Shown piece after piece: positions 18,951-28,274 of a stretch of DNA of 64,000 bases. Numbering within the stretch: position 1 is the first letter of the stretch; every line of letters begins with the position of its first letter. The notes beneath the pieces were generated by a model, which was not told where the DNA came from, ran no database searches, and was given only the letters and a program-made list of their open reading frames with translations. This DNA is from an uncultured delta proteobacterium. GTDB taxonomy: Bacteria > Desulfobacterota > Binatia > UBA9968. The stretch covers positions 64,001 to 128,000 of the forward strand of contig CAWDPO010000016.1 in the NCBI GenBank assembly GCA_963804165.1. Reading direction: 5' to 3'. A program made the position numbers and the translations under genes.

Positions 18951-20099
18951 TTATCCGCCGACGATACCCATGCCCTGGAGCACGGAAAGCATCACCGCCG
19001 CCGCGATGACGGAACCGATCTGGCCGCCCGCGTTGGCGCTCATGGCCGGCATCAAAAGATAATTCTTCTTATTGTACTTCTGACCTTCCACTTGAACGAC
19101 GCGTGCCGACATCGGAAATGCCGATATTCCCGCGGCGCCAATCAACGGATTGATTTTGCCGCCCGTCAGCACGCACATCAGCTTGCCAAACAGCACGCCA
19201 ACCGCAGTGTCGAGACTGATGGCAAGGAAACCGAGAGCTAGAATGAGCAGCGTTTGACCGCGCAAAAACTGGTCGGCTTCCATGGTAGCGCCGATGCACA
19301 ATCCAAGGAGCAGCGTCACGATATTGGCGATTTCGTTTTCTGCGGCATTCTTCAAGCGTTCGACGACGCCGCTTTCTCGCATGAGATTGCCGAGCATGAC
19401 CGTGCCGATTAGAGGAGCGCCTTTCGGCGCCAGGATCGAAGCGAAGATCGTTACCGCGATGGGAAAGACAATCTTGGTGGCTTTCGATATCGGCTGAGTC
19501 TTCCCAGCACCCATGACGATCTGTCTTTCCTTTTCGGTGGTCAGAGCGCGCATGATCGGCGGTTGGATCAGCGGCACTAGGGACATGTAGGAGTAGGCTG
19601 CCACGGAAACGGCGCCCAGCATATGCGGCGCGAATTTTGAGCTGACGTAAATCGCCGTGGGCCCGTCGCAGGCGCCAATGATCGCCACCGCGACGGCGTC
19701 CAATTTGTCGAATCCGAGCGCCAAAGCAAGCAGCAAGGTAATGAAGATGCCGAATTGACCGGCGGCGCCGAGCAGGATGATTTTCGGATTCTCCAGAAGC
19801 GGCTGAAAATCCGTCATCGCGCCGATACCGATGAAAATCAAAAGTGGAAAAACTTCGGTGAGGACGCCGGCGTCATAGAAAAAACGGAGAAAGCCTTCTT
19901 TGCCCATCATGTCCGCCAATGGAATGTTCACAAGTATCGCGCCGAATCCGATCGGCACGAGGAGAAGCGGCTCGTATCCTTTCTTGATACCAAGATAGAG
20001 CAAGGTTGAGGCAATCGCGAGCATGATCACGTGGCCGGGGCCGAGATTGGAAATTCCTAACAAAAGGCCCTGTAAGCCGGCAACAAAAGCGGATTCCAT
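18951..20099 (-). CDS. Na+-translocating decarboxylase beta subunit (OadB/MmdB/GcdB family)
   Basis: YEPLLLVPIGFG, IIGACDGPTAIY, AAYSYMSLVPLIQPP, NPLIGAAGISAFPMSARV. Confidence 0.95.
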   Translation of the reverse strand: MESAFVAGLQGLLLGISNLGPGHVIMLAIASTLLYLGIKKGYEPLLLVPIGFGAILVNIPLADMMGKEGFLRFFYDAGVLTEVFPLLIFIGIGAMTDFQPLLENPKIILLGAAGQFGIFITLLLALALGFDKLDAVAVAIIGACDGPTAIYVSSKFAPHMLGAVSVAAYSYMSLVPLIQPPIMRALTTEKERQIVMGAGKTQPISKATKIVFPIAVTIFASILAPKGAPLIGTVMLGNLMRESGVVERLKNAAENEIANIVTLLLGLCIGATMEADQFLRGQTLLILALGFLAISLDTAVGVLFGKLMCVLTGGKINPLIGAAGISAFPMSARVVQVEGQKYNKKNYLLMPAMSANAGGQIGSVIAAAVMLSVLQGMGIVGG

Positions 20100-20108
20100 T
20101 ATGCGGAC

Positions 20109-20255
20109 TTACCCTTTCTTCAGCGCGGCTTTGTCGGTTTGGTAGGGGAAGATTTTTCGTATGAGCAGAATGAGCAGGCTTAAGAGCCACAGAACCAACA
20201 TCGTTCCGCCCATACCGATCAAGGCCAGCGTCCAGCCGAAGGTCCAAGTGTCCAT
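20109..20255 (-). CDS. OadG/MmdD-like small membrane subunit (48 aa)
   Basis: Manual translation MDTWTFGWTLALIGMGGTMLVLWLLSLLILLIRKIFPYQTDKAALKKG; GM-x-x motif, single TM, AAGGAG RBS; lies between the biotin carrier and beta subunit genes. Confidence 0.85.
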   Translation of the reverse strand: MDTWTFGWTLALIGMGGTMLVLWLLSLLILLIRKIFPYQTDKAALKKG

Positions 20256-20304
20256 CGCGTCTCCTTGCAATTGCTAACTGAAACGTGAATTTGTTACGGC
20301 TGGA

Positions 20305-20520
20305 TTATTCTATGATAGCGAGCACTTGTTCGGCTTCGACCGCCTGGCCTGGGGAAACTTTCAATTCTTTTACGGTCCCGCCAACGGGCGCGACAATGGG
20401 AATTTCCATTTTCATCGCTTCCATTACGATGACGACTTCATCCTCGTCGACGTGCTCGCCGACCTGTTTTTCGATTTTCAAAATCTTGCCCACCATGGGC
20501 GCTTCGACGGTCGTTGCCAA
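20305..20520 (-). CDS. Biotin carboxyl carrier subunit
   Basis: EAMKME biotinylation motif; APMVGKI; AAAGGAG RBS with TTG start. Confidence 0.93.
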   Translation of the reverse strand: MATTVEAPMVGKILKIEKQVGEHVDEDEVVIVMEAMKMEIPIVAPVGGTVKELKVSPGQAVEAEQVLAIIE

Positions 20521-20740
20521 AGTATTTCTCCTTTTGCAGGCTTGTCAGCTGTCGGCGGCAAAATTAATCGGACACCTTAATAGCCGCATTAACGTGCCAT
20601 TTAGTAGAGTTTTCCATGAGTTGTCAATGCTGTGAGAGAAATTTAACGACGCGACGTGTTCACTACCGCTCAGTTTGTCTCACCTTGCTTTTGGTGAGCG
20701 CATACGATATGAAATTTGCAGCTATTTTCGGAGGAAAATC

Positions 20741-21835
20741 ATGTCGAAACCAGCAACGCAGCTAGACGACGTAATGGATAACATACCGTACTACGACAAG
20801 TGGCAGTTGGGTGAAGGTATTCCCATTATCAAAACTTTTTTTGTTCAAGATTTAAAGAAAGTTGAGCTTAAACCTTGGGCGAGAACCGGGGGCAGCGGCT
20901 CGTTTATCAATATGGAAGGGGCGGAAGGAGCCACAGGCGCCTACGTGAGCGAAATTCCCGCCGGCAAAAAACTCAATCCCGCGCGACACCTGTACGAAGA
21001 CTTGCATTTCGTGCTCAAGGGACGCGGCGGGACGACTATTTGGAACGATAAGGGGGCGAAGCAGACCTTCGAATGGCAGGATGGCAGCCTTTTCGCGTTG
21101 CCGCTCAACTGCTGGTATCAACACTTTAACGGCTCGGGCGACGAACCGGCGCGATTTTTTTCCGTGAACAGCATGCCGATCGTTTTTAACTTGTTTCACA
21201 ATGCCGACTTTGTTTTTAACACGCCGCGCGATTTCACCGATCGCTTCGACGGCGATCCGGAATATTTCAGCGGCAAAGGAAAAGCATATCCCGGCCGAGT
21301 TTGGGACACCAACTTCATCGCCGATGCGCGCAACTTCGCGTTGGAAGACTGGAAGGAGCGTGGCGGCGGGGGAAAGAACGTGATGTTGGAGCTGGCCAAC
21401 GGCTCCATGGCGGCGCATATATCGGAGTTTCCGATCGGCACTTACAAGAAGGCGCACCGCCACGGCCCGGGGTTCAACGTCATCATCATCAAAGGAAAAG
21501 GCTTTTCGTTATTCTGGCGCGAGGGGGAAGAACCCAAGCGTTACGATTGGCAGGACGGCAGTGTTTTTACCCCGCCCGCGATGATGTGGCACCAGCACTT
21601 TAACACCGGCGCGACCGGTGCACGTTACCTGCCCCCGCGTCTGGGCGGTATCAAATACAGCCTCGGCGAGGGCTTCGGCGACGTCACCAAAGTCGACAAA
21701 GACGTCAAAGCGGGGGGCAACCAAATCGAGTATTTCGACGAGGCGCCCTGGATCCGAAAAATGTTCGAAGAAGAGCTTGCCAAGTCCGGCACATCGACGC
21801 GGATGAATCCGGATTTCTATAAAAAGCTGGCTTAG
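20741..21835 (+). CDS. Bicupin domain protein (gentisate dioxygenase-like fold)
   Basis: RHLYE...FEWQDGSLF..PLNCWYQHFN and KKAHRHGPG...WQDGSVF.PP.MMWHQHFN; GGAGG RBS. Confidence 0.85.
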   Translation: MSKPATQLDDVMDNIPYYDKWQLGEGIPIIKTFFVQDLKKVELKPWARTGGSGSFINMEGAEGATGAYVSEIPAGKKLNPARHLYEDLHFVLKGRGGTTIWNDKGAKQTFEWQDGSLFALPLNCWYQHFNGSGDEPARFFSVNSMPIVFNLFHNADFVFNTPRDFTDRFDGDPEYFSGKGKAYPGRVWDTNFIADARNFALEDWKERGGGGKNVMLELANGSMAAHISEFPIGTYKKAHRHGPGFNVIIIKGKGFSLFWREGEEPKRYDWQDGSVFTPPAMMWHQHFNTGATGARYLPPRLGGIKYSLGEGFGDVTKVDKDVKAGGNQIEYFDEAPWIRKMFEEELAKSGTSTRMNPDFYKKLA

Positions 21836-21858
21836 GACGATTGAAATTCCTGTCATCG

Positions 21859-21897
21859 AAAGCCCCGCGCGGAAAAATGCCGTGCGGGGCTTTTTCT
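21859..21897 (+). terminator. Rho-independent terminator
   Basis: AAAGCCCCGCGCGG-loop-CCGTGCGGGGCTTTTT. Confidence 0.85.
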
Positions 21898-21949
21898 TGC
21901 CGCGGCAAAATCGTTGAGAGTTTTCTTTCCCCTGTGCTAGATTCAACCG

Positions 21950-22552
21950 ATGGCAACGGCGCGACTGAATTCGCTACCCTTGCTCGCGGTCGAATTATTT
22001 GTCCTGACCCGGGTCCTGGCCGCAGGGACGGCAGGAAAAATGGCCGACGATTCCTTTAGGCGAGTTGTCGACCTCGATGGACCTCGTGTTGCCGCCGGCG
22101 CAGCGATGCTGCCGCGCGGTCCGGGAGATGTTCTTCTTTTCAATGCGGCGTCGCGCCTCGTCCTAGCCGCAGAGGAAAGACCAGGTGAAACCTTCGCGCC
22201 TGATACTTCCGAGTCCAAAACTGACAGCAGCAATTCAAAAACTACGAAGAGCGAGAAACCTGAAGTAGTTTCGCCGGCAGAGAAAACGCCGGTCTCAGGC
22301 AAGAGCGTAGTCACACCCCGAGTGCCAGAGTCGCGCTTGCCGGCAAAGCCGACGGGATCGATGGCAAAGCCACCAGAGCAAGAAGTCCCCGCCGGAAAAT
22401 CCCCGTCAATCCTTCAAATGTTAGAGGGCCATGAGACGGAATTGTTCGTGGCGGTGGCGATCGCCCTGGCGTTTTTTCTCGTTGGCTGGATTTGTGGCGG
22501 CAATTATTACTTACGCCGCGACCGGCGCCGTCGGACGAAGCTCCGATTCTAA
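21950..22552 (+). CDS. Hypothetical protein with low-complexity linker and C-terminal TM anchor
   Basis: S/P/K-rich linker, hydrophobic helix followed by RRDRRRR. Confidence 0.55.
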   Translation: MATARLNSLPLLAVELFVLTRVLAAGTAGKMADDSFRRVVDLDGPRVAAGAAMLPRGPGDVLLFNAASRLVLAAEERPGETFAPDTSESKTDSSNSKTTKSEKPEVVSPAEKTPVSGKSVVTPRVPESRLPAKPTGSMAKPPEQEVPAGKSPSILQMLEGHETELFVAVAIALAFFLVGWICGGNYYLRRDRRRRTKLRF

Positions 22553-22578
22553 AATATTCTTGTCGCTCGCCCTGCCCA

Positions 22579-23160
22579 ATGGAAGCCATCATCGCGATAA
22601 TCTCTTATCTCATCGGTTCCATTCCTACGGGATACATCGTCGGGAGACTGGCAGGGCTCGACGTGAGGCACTCGGGAAGTGGAAATATCGGCGCGACCAA
22701 CGTGGCCCGAGTGGCGGGCAAGAGGCGCGGTCTGCTGACGTTACTTGCGGATAGCGCAAAGGGATTCATCCCCGCCATCATTGCGCAGCAGATGGCTTTC
22801 AACCCCACGGCGGTGGCTTTGATCGCTGGAGCAGCATTCCTCGGGCATCTCTATCCGGTGTTTCTCAGGTTTCAAGGAGGGAAGGGCGTGGCCACGGCAT
22901 TCGGCGTTTTACTTGCCTTGGCTCCGATAGCCTCTTTTGTCTCACTCGCGGTGTTCACCGCCGTGATCTTATCCAGCAGGACTGTTTCGCTGAGTTCGAT
23001 TGCCGCGGCGATCGTGGCGCCAATGGCGCTGTGGGTTATCTCTTATCCGCCGCCGTTGATCGTGATGAGCGTGTTTTTCGCGGCGATGATCGTCTTACGT
23101 CACCGCGAAAACATCCGGCGCTGGCTCAGCGGCACCGAGCCGCGATTTGGCGTGGATTAG
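22579..23160 (+). CDS. plsY: Glycerol-3-phosphate acyltransferase PlsY
   Basis: YLIGSIPTG, GSGNIGATNVAR, GHLYPVF..FQGGKGVAT, RHRENI. Confidence 0.96.
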   Translation: MEAIIAIISYLIGSIPTGYIVGRLAGLDVRHSGSGNIGATNVARVAGKRRGLLTLLADSAKGFIPAIIAQQMAFNPTAVALIAGAAFLGHLYPVFLRFQGGKGVATAFGVLLALAPIASFVSLAVFTAVILSSRTVSLSSIAAAIVAPMALWVISYPPPLIVMSVFFAAMIVLRHRENIRRWLSGTEPRFGVD

Positions 23161-23870
23161 TTTTCGATAATCACTTCGACACGGCGGTTTTGCTGGCGTC
23201 CGCTTTCCGTGTCGTTGGAAGCGACGGGCGCCCTGGTGCCGAGACCCTGAGCGGAAACATTTCTGCTATTAACGCCATTTCGCTCCAACGCGCCGGCCAC
23301 GGTACTGGCGCGCCTTTCCGAGAGCCGTTGGTTATAAGCTTCTTGAGCGGCGCTTTCTCTGCTCGCGTGGCCTTCGACGGTGACGCGCCGGTTTGGCGCG
23401 TCGCGCTTGATAATATCGGCGATTTGATCGACTTTAGACCGGCCGTCGCGTGTAAGATCCGCGCTGTCGAACTCGAAGTTTACGTTCGGCAAATTGACCA
23501 TGACGCCTCGGCTGGTCTCGCGCGCCTCGATATTTCTTTTTTTAAGCTCTTCGATCAGAGCGCGGTTTTTTTCAATTTCGCCGCGCTGCTGGTCGAGCGC
23601 CTGCTGCTGTTCTTTCTGCTTGTTTTCCTGGCCCAGCAGTTGGTCCCCGACGAGCGCGCCGGTCCCTAATCCGAGTGCGCCGCCGATCGCGGCTCCGGCA
23701 CCCGCATGACCTACGGCCGCGCCGATGATTCCGCCGGCAGCTGCGCCGCCCAGCGCGCCGATGCCCGCGCCCTTTTCGCGCGTTGTGAACTCACCGCCGG
23801 CACAGCCCGAACCGACGACGATGACGGCGAGCAATAGTGTGCAAAGGGGTGATTGATGCCATTTCTTCAT
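23157..23870 (-). CDS. OmpA family lipoprotein with glycine zipper
   Basis: Lipobox GSGC, glycine zipper, NFEFDSADL, EGHA, NQRLSERRA, NRRVE. Confidence 0.92.
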   Translation of the reverse strand: MKKWHQSPLCTLLLAVIVVGSGCAGGEFTTREKGAGIGALGGAAAGGIIGAAVGHAGAGAAIGGALGLGTGALVGDQLLGQENKQKEQQQALDQQRGEIEKNRALIEELKKRNIEARETSRGVMVNLPNVNFEFDSADLTRDGRSKVDQIADIIKRDAPNRRVTVEGHASRESAAQEAYNQRLSERRASTVAGALERNGVNSRNVSAQGLGTRAPVASNDTESGRQQNRRVEVIIEN

Positions 23871-24016
23871 AATACTTCCTCTTGGCCAGTCGGGCCGCCA
23901 ATAGTTGTGCCGGGTCTGGTTGCGAAATTATCGGCCATTTTGAGGCCGCAATTTACATTTACTTAGACGGCGCTCTCCAGAATCTCCAGTATCAACGATC
24001 ATCGGGAGGCGAAATT

Positions 24017-24355
24017 TTAATATTCGCCCTGACGACGGAGTTGCTCGAGTTCTTTGCGTTGCCGTTCAATTTCGGCCTGGTTGGCGTCCATCTGGCGCTG
24101 CTGATCGGTCTGTCTGTTTTGCTGTCCCTGGAGTTGATCACCAACTAGCACACCGCTGCCGAGCCCCAGCGTGCCGCCGATTGCAGCCCCTGCGCCGGGA
24201 TGGCCCACTGCCGCGCCGATGATTCCGCCCACCGCCGCTCCGCCCAAGGCGCCGATGCCCGCACCTTTTTCGCGCGTGGTCAGATCGCCGCCGGCACAGC
24301 CGACGATGGTGGTGAGCGTCAAAGCAATTGGAACGATCGTCAATGTCCGTTTCAT
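24017..24355 (-). CDS. Glycine zipper lipoprotein
   Basis: Lipobox IVGC; TTREKGAGIGALGGAA.GGIIGAAVGH shared with the OmpA gene; GGAGG RBS. Confidence 0.85.
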   Translation of the reverse strand: MKRTLTIVPIALTLTTIVGCAGGDLTTREKGAGIGALGGAAVGGIIGAAVGHPGAGAAIGGTLGLGSGVLVGDQLQGQQNRQTDQQRQMDANQAEIERQRKELEQLRRQGEY

Positions 24356-24518
24356 TGTACCTCCGAAGATCATAGGGATGAAAATATCGAAGTCGAACAA
24401 ATTCTAACAAAAGCCCTTACCCCCAGCAAGGTAGAAAAAATTCGCCAGCGGAATCAGCCTATTGTAGTAAGAAACTTGGACGCTGAATACGCTTCATTGT
24501 TAATGTTGCACCGCGCTG

Positions 24519-24548
24519 TTGACATCGTAGACCTTATAAGTCTAATAG
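24519..24548 (+). promoter_or_regulatory. sigma70 promoter with overlapping TAGAC-N7-GTCTA palindrome
   Basis: TTGACA at 24519; TAGACCTTATAAGTCTA at 24528-24544, upstream of mrp. Confidence 0.5.
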
Positions 24549-24567
24549 TTTTTAAGAGAGGATTATT

Positions 24568-25668
24568 GTGGAAAATCTGACTGAGGACCGAATTCTCGAC
24601 GCATTGCGTAAAGTTCAAGATCCCGAGCTTCACCGAGATATTGTCAGTCTTGGCATGGTGAAGAACCTAGCGGTGACGAATGGCAACGTAAGCTTCACGG
24701 TGGAGCTCACGACGCCGGCTTGTCCGTTGCGTGAAACGATCGACGCCGATTGTAAGCAGGCTCTGAGTCAAATCGGCGGAGTCGGCTCCGTGCAAATTAA
24801 CTTCGGCGCCCAAGTGCGCGGCAGCAAGGCGGGCGCGGGGCAGACGGATTTATTGCCGACCGTGAAGAATGTCGTGCTGGTGGCCGCGGGCAAGGGGGGT
24901 GTCGGAAAATCGACGGTCGCAGCAAATCTGGCGGTGGCGTTGAAAATGCACGGCGCGGCGACAGGCTTGCTTGACGCCGATATTTACGGGCCGTCGGTGC
25001 CGATCATCATGGGAGTTAGGGGTGAGCCGAAGCAGATCGACGTCAATGGCAGTCGCAAAATCGAACCGGCGATGGCTCATGGTATTCCCGTGATGTCCAT
25101 CGGCTTTTTTCTCGAAGCCGATCAGGCGGTCATCTGGCGCGGTCCCATGCTCGGCAAGGCACTCCATCAACTGATGGCCGACGTGCACTGGGGTGATTTG
25201 GATTACCTCGTCGTCGATATGCCGCCGGGCACCGGCGATGTCCAGATCACTTTCTCGCAGCAGCTCAAAGTGAGCGGCGCGCTCCTGGTCGCCACGCCTC
25301 AGGAAGTAGCGCTCGCAGATGTGGTGCGCGCCAAGTCGATGTTCGATAAAGTGATGATCCCGATCGTCGGTATCGTCGAGAACATGAGCTACTTCATTTG
25401 CGACGGTTGCGGCAAGACACACGAGATATTTTCCCGCGGCGGCGCGCAACGCGCGGCGGAGCGATTTAAGATTCCCTACCTGGGCGAAATTCCAATCACG
25501 CCGGCGTTGCGCGAAGGCGGCGATAAAGGCATTCCCATATTGATTCAAGACCCGAAATGCGAAGTGAGTAAAAGTTTTCTGGAGATCGCCGCGAGGTTGG
25601 CCGGCCAACTTTCGATCGCATCGGAACGCGCCAGGGGCGGTCAGGGGCCGACGATCATTACGACGTAG
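24568..25668 (+). CDS. mrp: Mrp/ApbC/NBP35 Fe-S cluster carrier ATPase
   Basis: DPEL..DIVSLG, TPACP, GKGGVGKST, DADIYGPS, IWRGPM, DMPPGTGD, ENMS..CDGC. Confidence 0.96.
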   Translation: MENLTEDRILDALRKVQDPELHRDIVSLGMVKNLAVTNGNVSFTVELTTPACPLRETIDADCKQALSQIGGVGSVQINFGAQVRGSKAGAGQTDLLPTVKNVVLVAAGKGGVGKSTVAANLAVALKMHGAATGLLDADIYGPSVPIIMGVRGEPKQIDVNGSRKIEPAMAHGIPVMSIGFFLEADQAVIWRGPMLGKALHQLMADVHWGDLDYLVVDMPPGTGDVQITFSQQLKVSGALLVATPQEVALADVVRAKSMFDKVMIPIVGIVENMSYFICDGCGKTHEIFSRGGAQRAAERFKIPYLGEIPITPALREGGDKGIPILIQDPKCEVSKSFLEIAARLAGQLSIASERARGGQGPTIITT

Positions 25669-25719
25669 AGTGGTTGCGGTGGTCCGGGGTCAATTGTGCT
25701 ATATTAAGGAGTTGCGACG

Positions 25720-26019
25720 ATGGTGACGAAAGAACAAGTCTACGAAGCATTGCAAGAGTGTTACGATCCTGAGATTCCGGTCAACATCGTGGATCTCGGT
25801 TTGATCTATGACGTCGACGTCAACGACGACAAAGTGGCCGTGAAAATGACCCTGACGGCGCCGGGCTGCGGCATGGGTACGATGATCGCCGCAGATGCGA
25901 AACAAAGAATAATGGCGCTGGAAGGTGTCGGCGACGCCACGGTCGATCTGGTTTGGGATCCGCCCTGGAATCCGAGCATGATCCGCGAAGAGGCAAAACA
26001 GCGCCTCGGCATCGTCTAA
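25720..26019 (+). CDS. sufT: DUF59/SufT metal-sulfur cluster assembly factor
   Basis: DPEIPVNIVDLGLIY, MTLTAPGC, VWDPPW. Confidence 0.93.
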   Translation: MVTKEQVYEALQECYDPEIPVNIVDLGLIYDVDVNDDKVAVKMTLTAPGCGMGTMIAADAKQRIMALEGVGDATVDLVWDPPWNPSMIREEAKQRLGIV

Positions 26020-26101
26020 TAACGCGTCCGCCGAGTTCAAGCATTCCCGCAGTGACAGAGTTCTTTCTCCAGCGGAGCATCGCCGGATCCGGTCTTCGAT
26101 A

Positions 26102-27352
26102 ATGAACGACAAACCCAGGCTCCGTCCGGTTGAAGCATTTCCAGTTCAGCAAGACGGTAAGACATCGGTCTATCTGAAGGACCCTTTGAATTTCGCCACA
26201 CCGCTGGGAATCTCGCCGGCGGGATATTTCGTCCTGGCGCATTTCGACGGCCAACATACCTTCACGGACATTCAAGAAGCCTACTGCAGACAGTTTGGCG
26301 CGCTGTTGATGAGCGACGACCTGAAAAGCTTCGTCGACATGCTCGATCAGCATTATTATCTGGATAGCGAACGATTCCGCGAGTACAAAAATGCGGTGGT
26401 GCTGGAATTTCGTAATCAAACGACGCGCGCGCCGGCGCACGTCGGCGGCGTTTACAAAGCCGATCCCGAAGAGTTACAAACTCAACTCGCTGGATTTTTT
26501 GACGCCCCGAACGGTCCCGGATTGCCCAACGGCCAAGTTGCGGCATCGACGCCGCGGGCGATCGTCGCGCCGCACATCGACTTTCATCGCGGCGGCCCCG
26601 CCTACGCGTGGGCTTACAAACCGTTGGCTGAAAGCGACGGCGCGGATCTTTACATTCTGCTCGGTACCTCGCATTACAGCGGGCAGACGCCGTATATACT
26701 CACACTCAAGGATTTTGAAACGCCACTGGGCTTGGTTGAGACCGATCGCGATTTCGTGCAGCGATTGCAGGCTGAGTGCGCTGAGGACTGTTTTCGCGAC
26801 GAGTACCTGCATCGTGGCGAGCACTCGCTCGAATTTCAGGTAGTTTTTCTAAAATATATCGCGCGACGGCGCGCCGCCTTAACCGGCCGGTCGGAGAAGC
26901 CGTTTAAGATTGTGCCGATTCTCGTATCGTCGTTTCATTCCGCGGTCGTCAAGCAGACGCTTCCTGAAAAAGATTCGGCCGTGGGAACCTTTTTGCGGGC
27001 ACTGCGCGATTTGGCGGAATTGGAGAGTCGGCAAGTTTGTTTTGTTGCCGGGGTGGATCTCGCGCACGTCGGCAGACAATTCGGCGATCGCGAGCCGATC
27101 ACTGATGATTTTCTCAAATGGGTCGAAAGCGAAGATCAAGAACTCGTCAATCGATTGGCCGCACTGGACGCGCCAGGTTTCTTCAACGCCATCGCAAAAG
27201 ATCAGGATAAGCGCCGAATCTGCGGTTTCTCACCACTTTATTCATTGATTCATCTGCTCGACGGCGCGCGGGGCAAACATCTCAAGTACAGCCAGGCGTT
27301 CACGCCGGAGACCGGTTCAGCGGTGACGTTTAGCAGTTTAATTTTTAAATAA
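26102..27352 (+). CDS. amrB: AmmeMemoRadiSam system protein B (MEMO1) with N-terminal winged-helix extension
   Basis: APHID, GTSH, FETPLG, EHSLEFQ, DLAHVG, ICG MEMO motifs; about 95 aa N-terminal extension. Confidence 0.9.
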   Translation: MNDKPRLRPVEAFPVQQDGKTSVYLKDPLNFATPLGISPAGYFVLAHFDGQHTFTDIQEAYCRQFGALLMSDDLKSFVDMLDQHYYLDSERFREYKNAVVLEFRNQTTRAPAHVGGVYKADPEELQTQLAGFFDAPNGPGLPNGQVAASTPRAIVAPHIDFHRGGPAYAWAYKPLAESDGADLYILLGTSHYSGQTPYILTLKDFETPLGLVETDRDFVQRLQAECAEDCFRDEYLHRGEHSLEFQVVFLKYIARRRAALTGRSEKPFKIVPILVSSFHSAVVKQTLPEKDSAVGTFLRALRDLAELESRQVCFVAGVDLAHVGRQFGDREPITDDFLKWVESEDQELVNRLAALDAPGFFNAIAKDQDKRRICGFSPLYSLIHLLDGARGKHLKYSQAFTPETGSAVTFSSLIFK

Positions 27353-27396
27353 CCGTTCGATTCTGATTCCCCGTACGATTCACATTCAACCACGCA

Positions 27397-28155
27397 TCAG
27401 TGCATGTTCATACCGCCGTCGACGCCGATCGATTGGCCGGTCATGAAATCGCTGTCATCCGAGGCAAGAAAGATCACCGTGCCGACGAGATCCGCCGGAT
27501 ACTGATCGCGCTGGATGGCGCGACGCTTTCTGCGATCGGCCAACTGCTCGGGACTGGTGACGCCTTCCTGGTTTGGGCTGGAAATAGTTAAGCCGGGCAT
27601 GATCGAATTGACGCAGATGTTGTCGCCGCCGACTTCGCGTGCGAGCGCGCGGGTGAAACCCAATACGCCGGCTTTGGAGGAAACATAGTGCAAGAAAAAT
27701 GGCGTGCCGCTTTGCGTCGTCCCTGATGAGATGTTGATAATCTTGCCTTTTTTCTGTTGCTTCATGGCGGGGTAGACGGCCTTCACGCAGAGGAACAACC
27801 CTTTTACGTTGACCGCCATCACGCGATCCCATTCGTCGGTGTCGATCTCCATGAAGTTTTTCTTTTTCAAGGCTGAGTAAAGGCCGGCGTTGTTGACGAG
27901 GATGTCGATGCGGCCATATTCTTTCAACGCAGCCGTGGCCATCGCTTGAGTTTTCTCCAGGGAGGTAACGTCGACGGCCACGGCGATAGCTTCGTCGCCG
28001 GCCGCTTTGATGTCGGCGGCGACTTTCTGCGCTTCCACTTCCTGAATATCGGCGACGACAACCTTGGCTCCCTCTTTGGCCAGGCCGTGGGCGTAAGCTT
28101 TGCCGATGCCCACGCCGCCGCCGGTGACGATTGCAACCTTATCCTTCAAACGCAT
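27397..28155 (-). CDS. SDR family oxidoreductase
   Basis: TGGGVGIG, NNAG, YVSSK. Confidence 0.93.
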   Translation of the reverse strand: MRLKDKVAIVTGGGVGIGKAYAHGLAKEGAKVVVADIQEVEAQKVAADIKAAGDEAIAVAVDVTSLEKTQAMATAALKEYGRIDILVNNAGLYSALKKKNFMEIDTDEWDRVMAVNVKGLFLCVKAVYPAMKQQKKGKIINISSGTTQSGTPFFLHYVSSKAGVLGFTRALAREVGGDNICVNSIMPGLTISSPNQEGVTSPEQLADRRKRRAIQRDQYPADLVGTVIFLASDDSDFMTGQSIGVDGGMNMH

Positions 28156-28196
28156 AATGATTCTCCGTAACTAATACGAGTAAGTGTTGATCAAAC

Positions 28197-28260
28197 TGGA
28201 GTGATGGAGTGTTGGAGTATTGAGCCTCCCGACCCAGTACTCCATCACTCCAATGCTCCA
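28197..28260. repeat. REP-like palindromic element of TGGAGT/ACTCCA iterations
   Basis: TGGAGTGATGGAGTGTTGGAGTATTG ... CAGTACTCCATCACTCCAATGCTCCA. Confidence 0.75.
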
Positions 28261-28274
28261 TTCTTTTCTAGGAC

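Noticed and set aside
20586-20599. sigma54-like TGGCACGTTAATGC upstream of the decarboxylase operon (similar case near 51580-51593)
   Set aside because: GG-to-GC spacing is 9, not the strict 10; valid only if a base is missing in the assembly.
28197-28260. CRISPR-like repeat
   Set aside because: Units are 6-8 bp, form one palindrome, have no unique spacers, and no cas genes are present.
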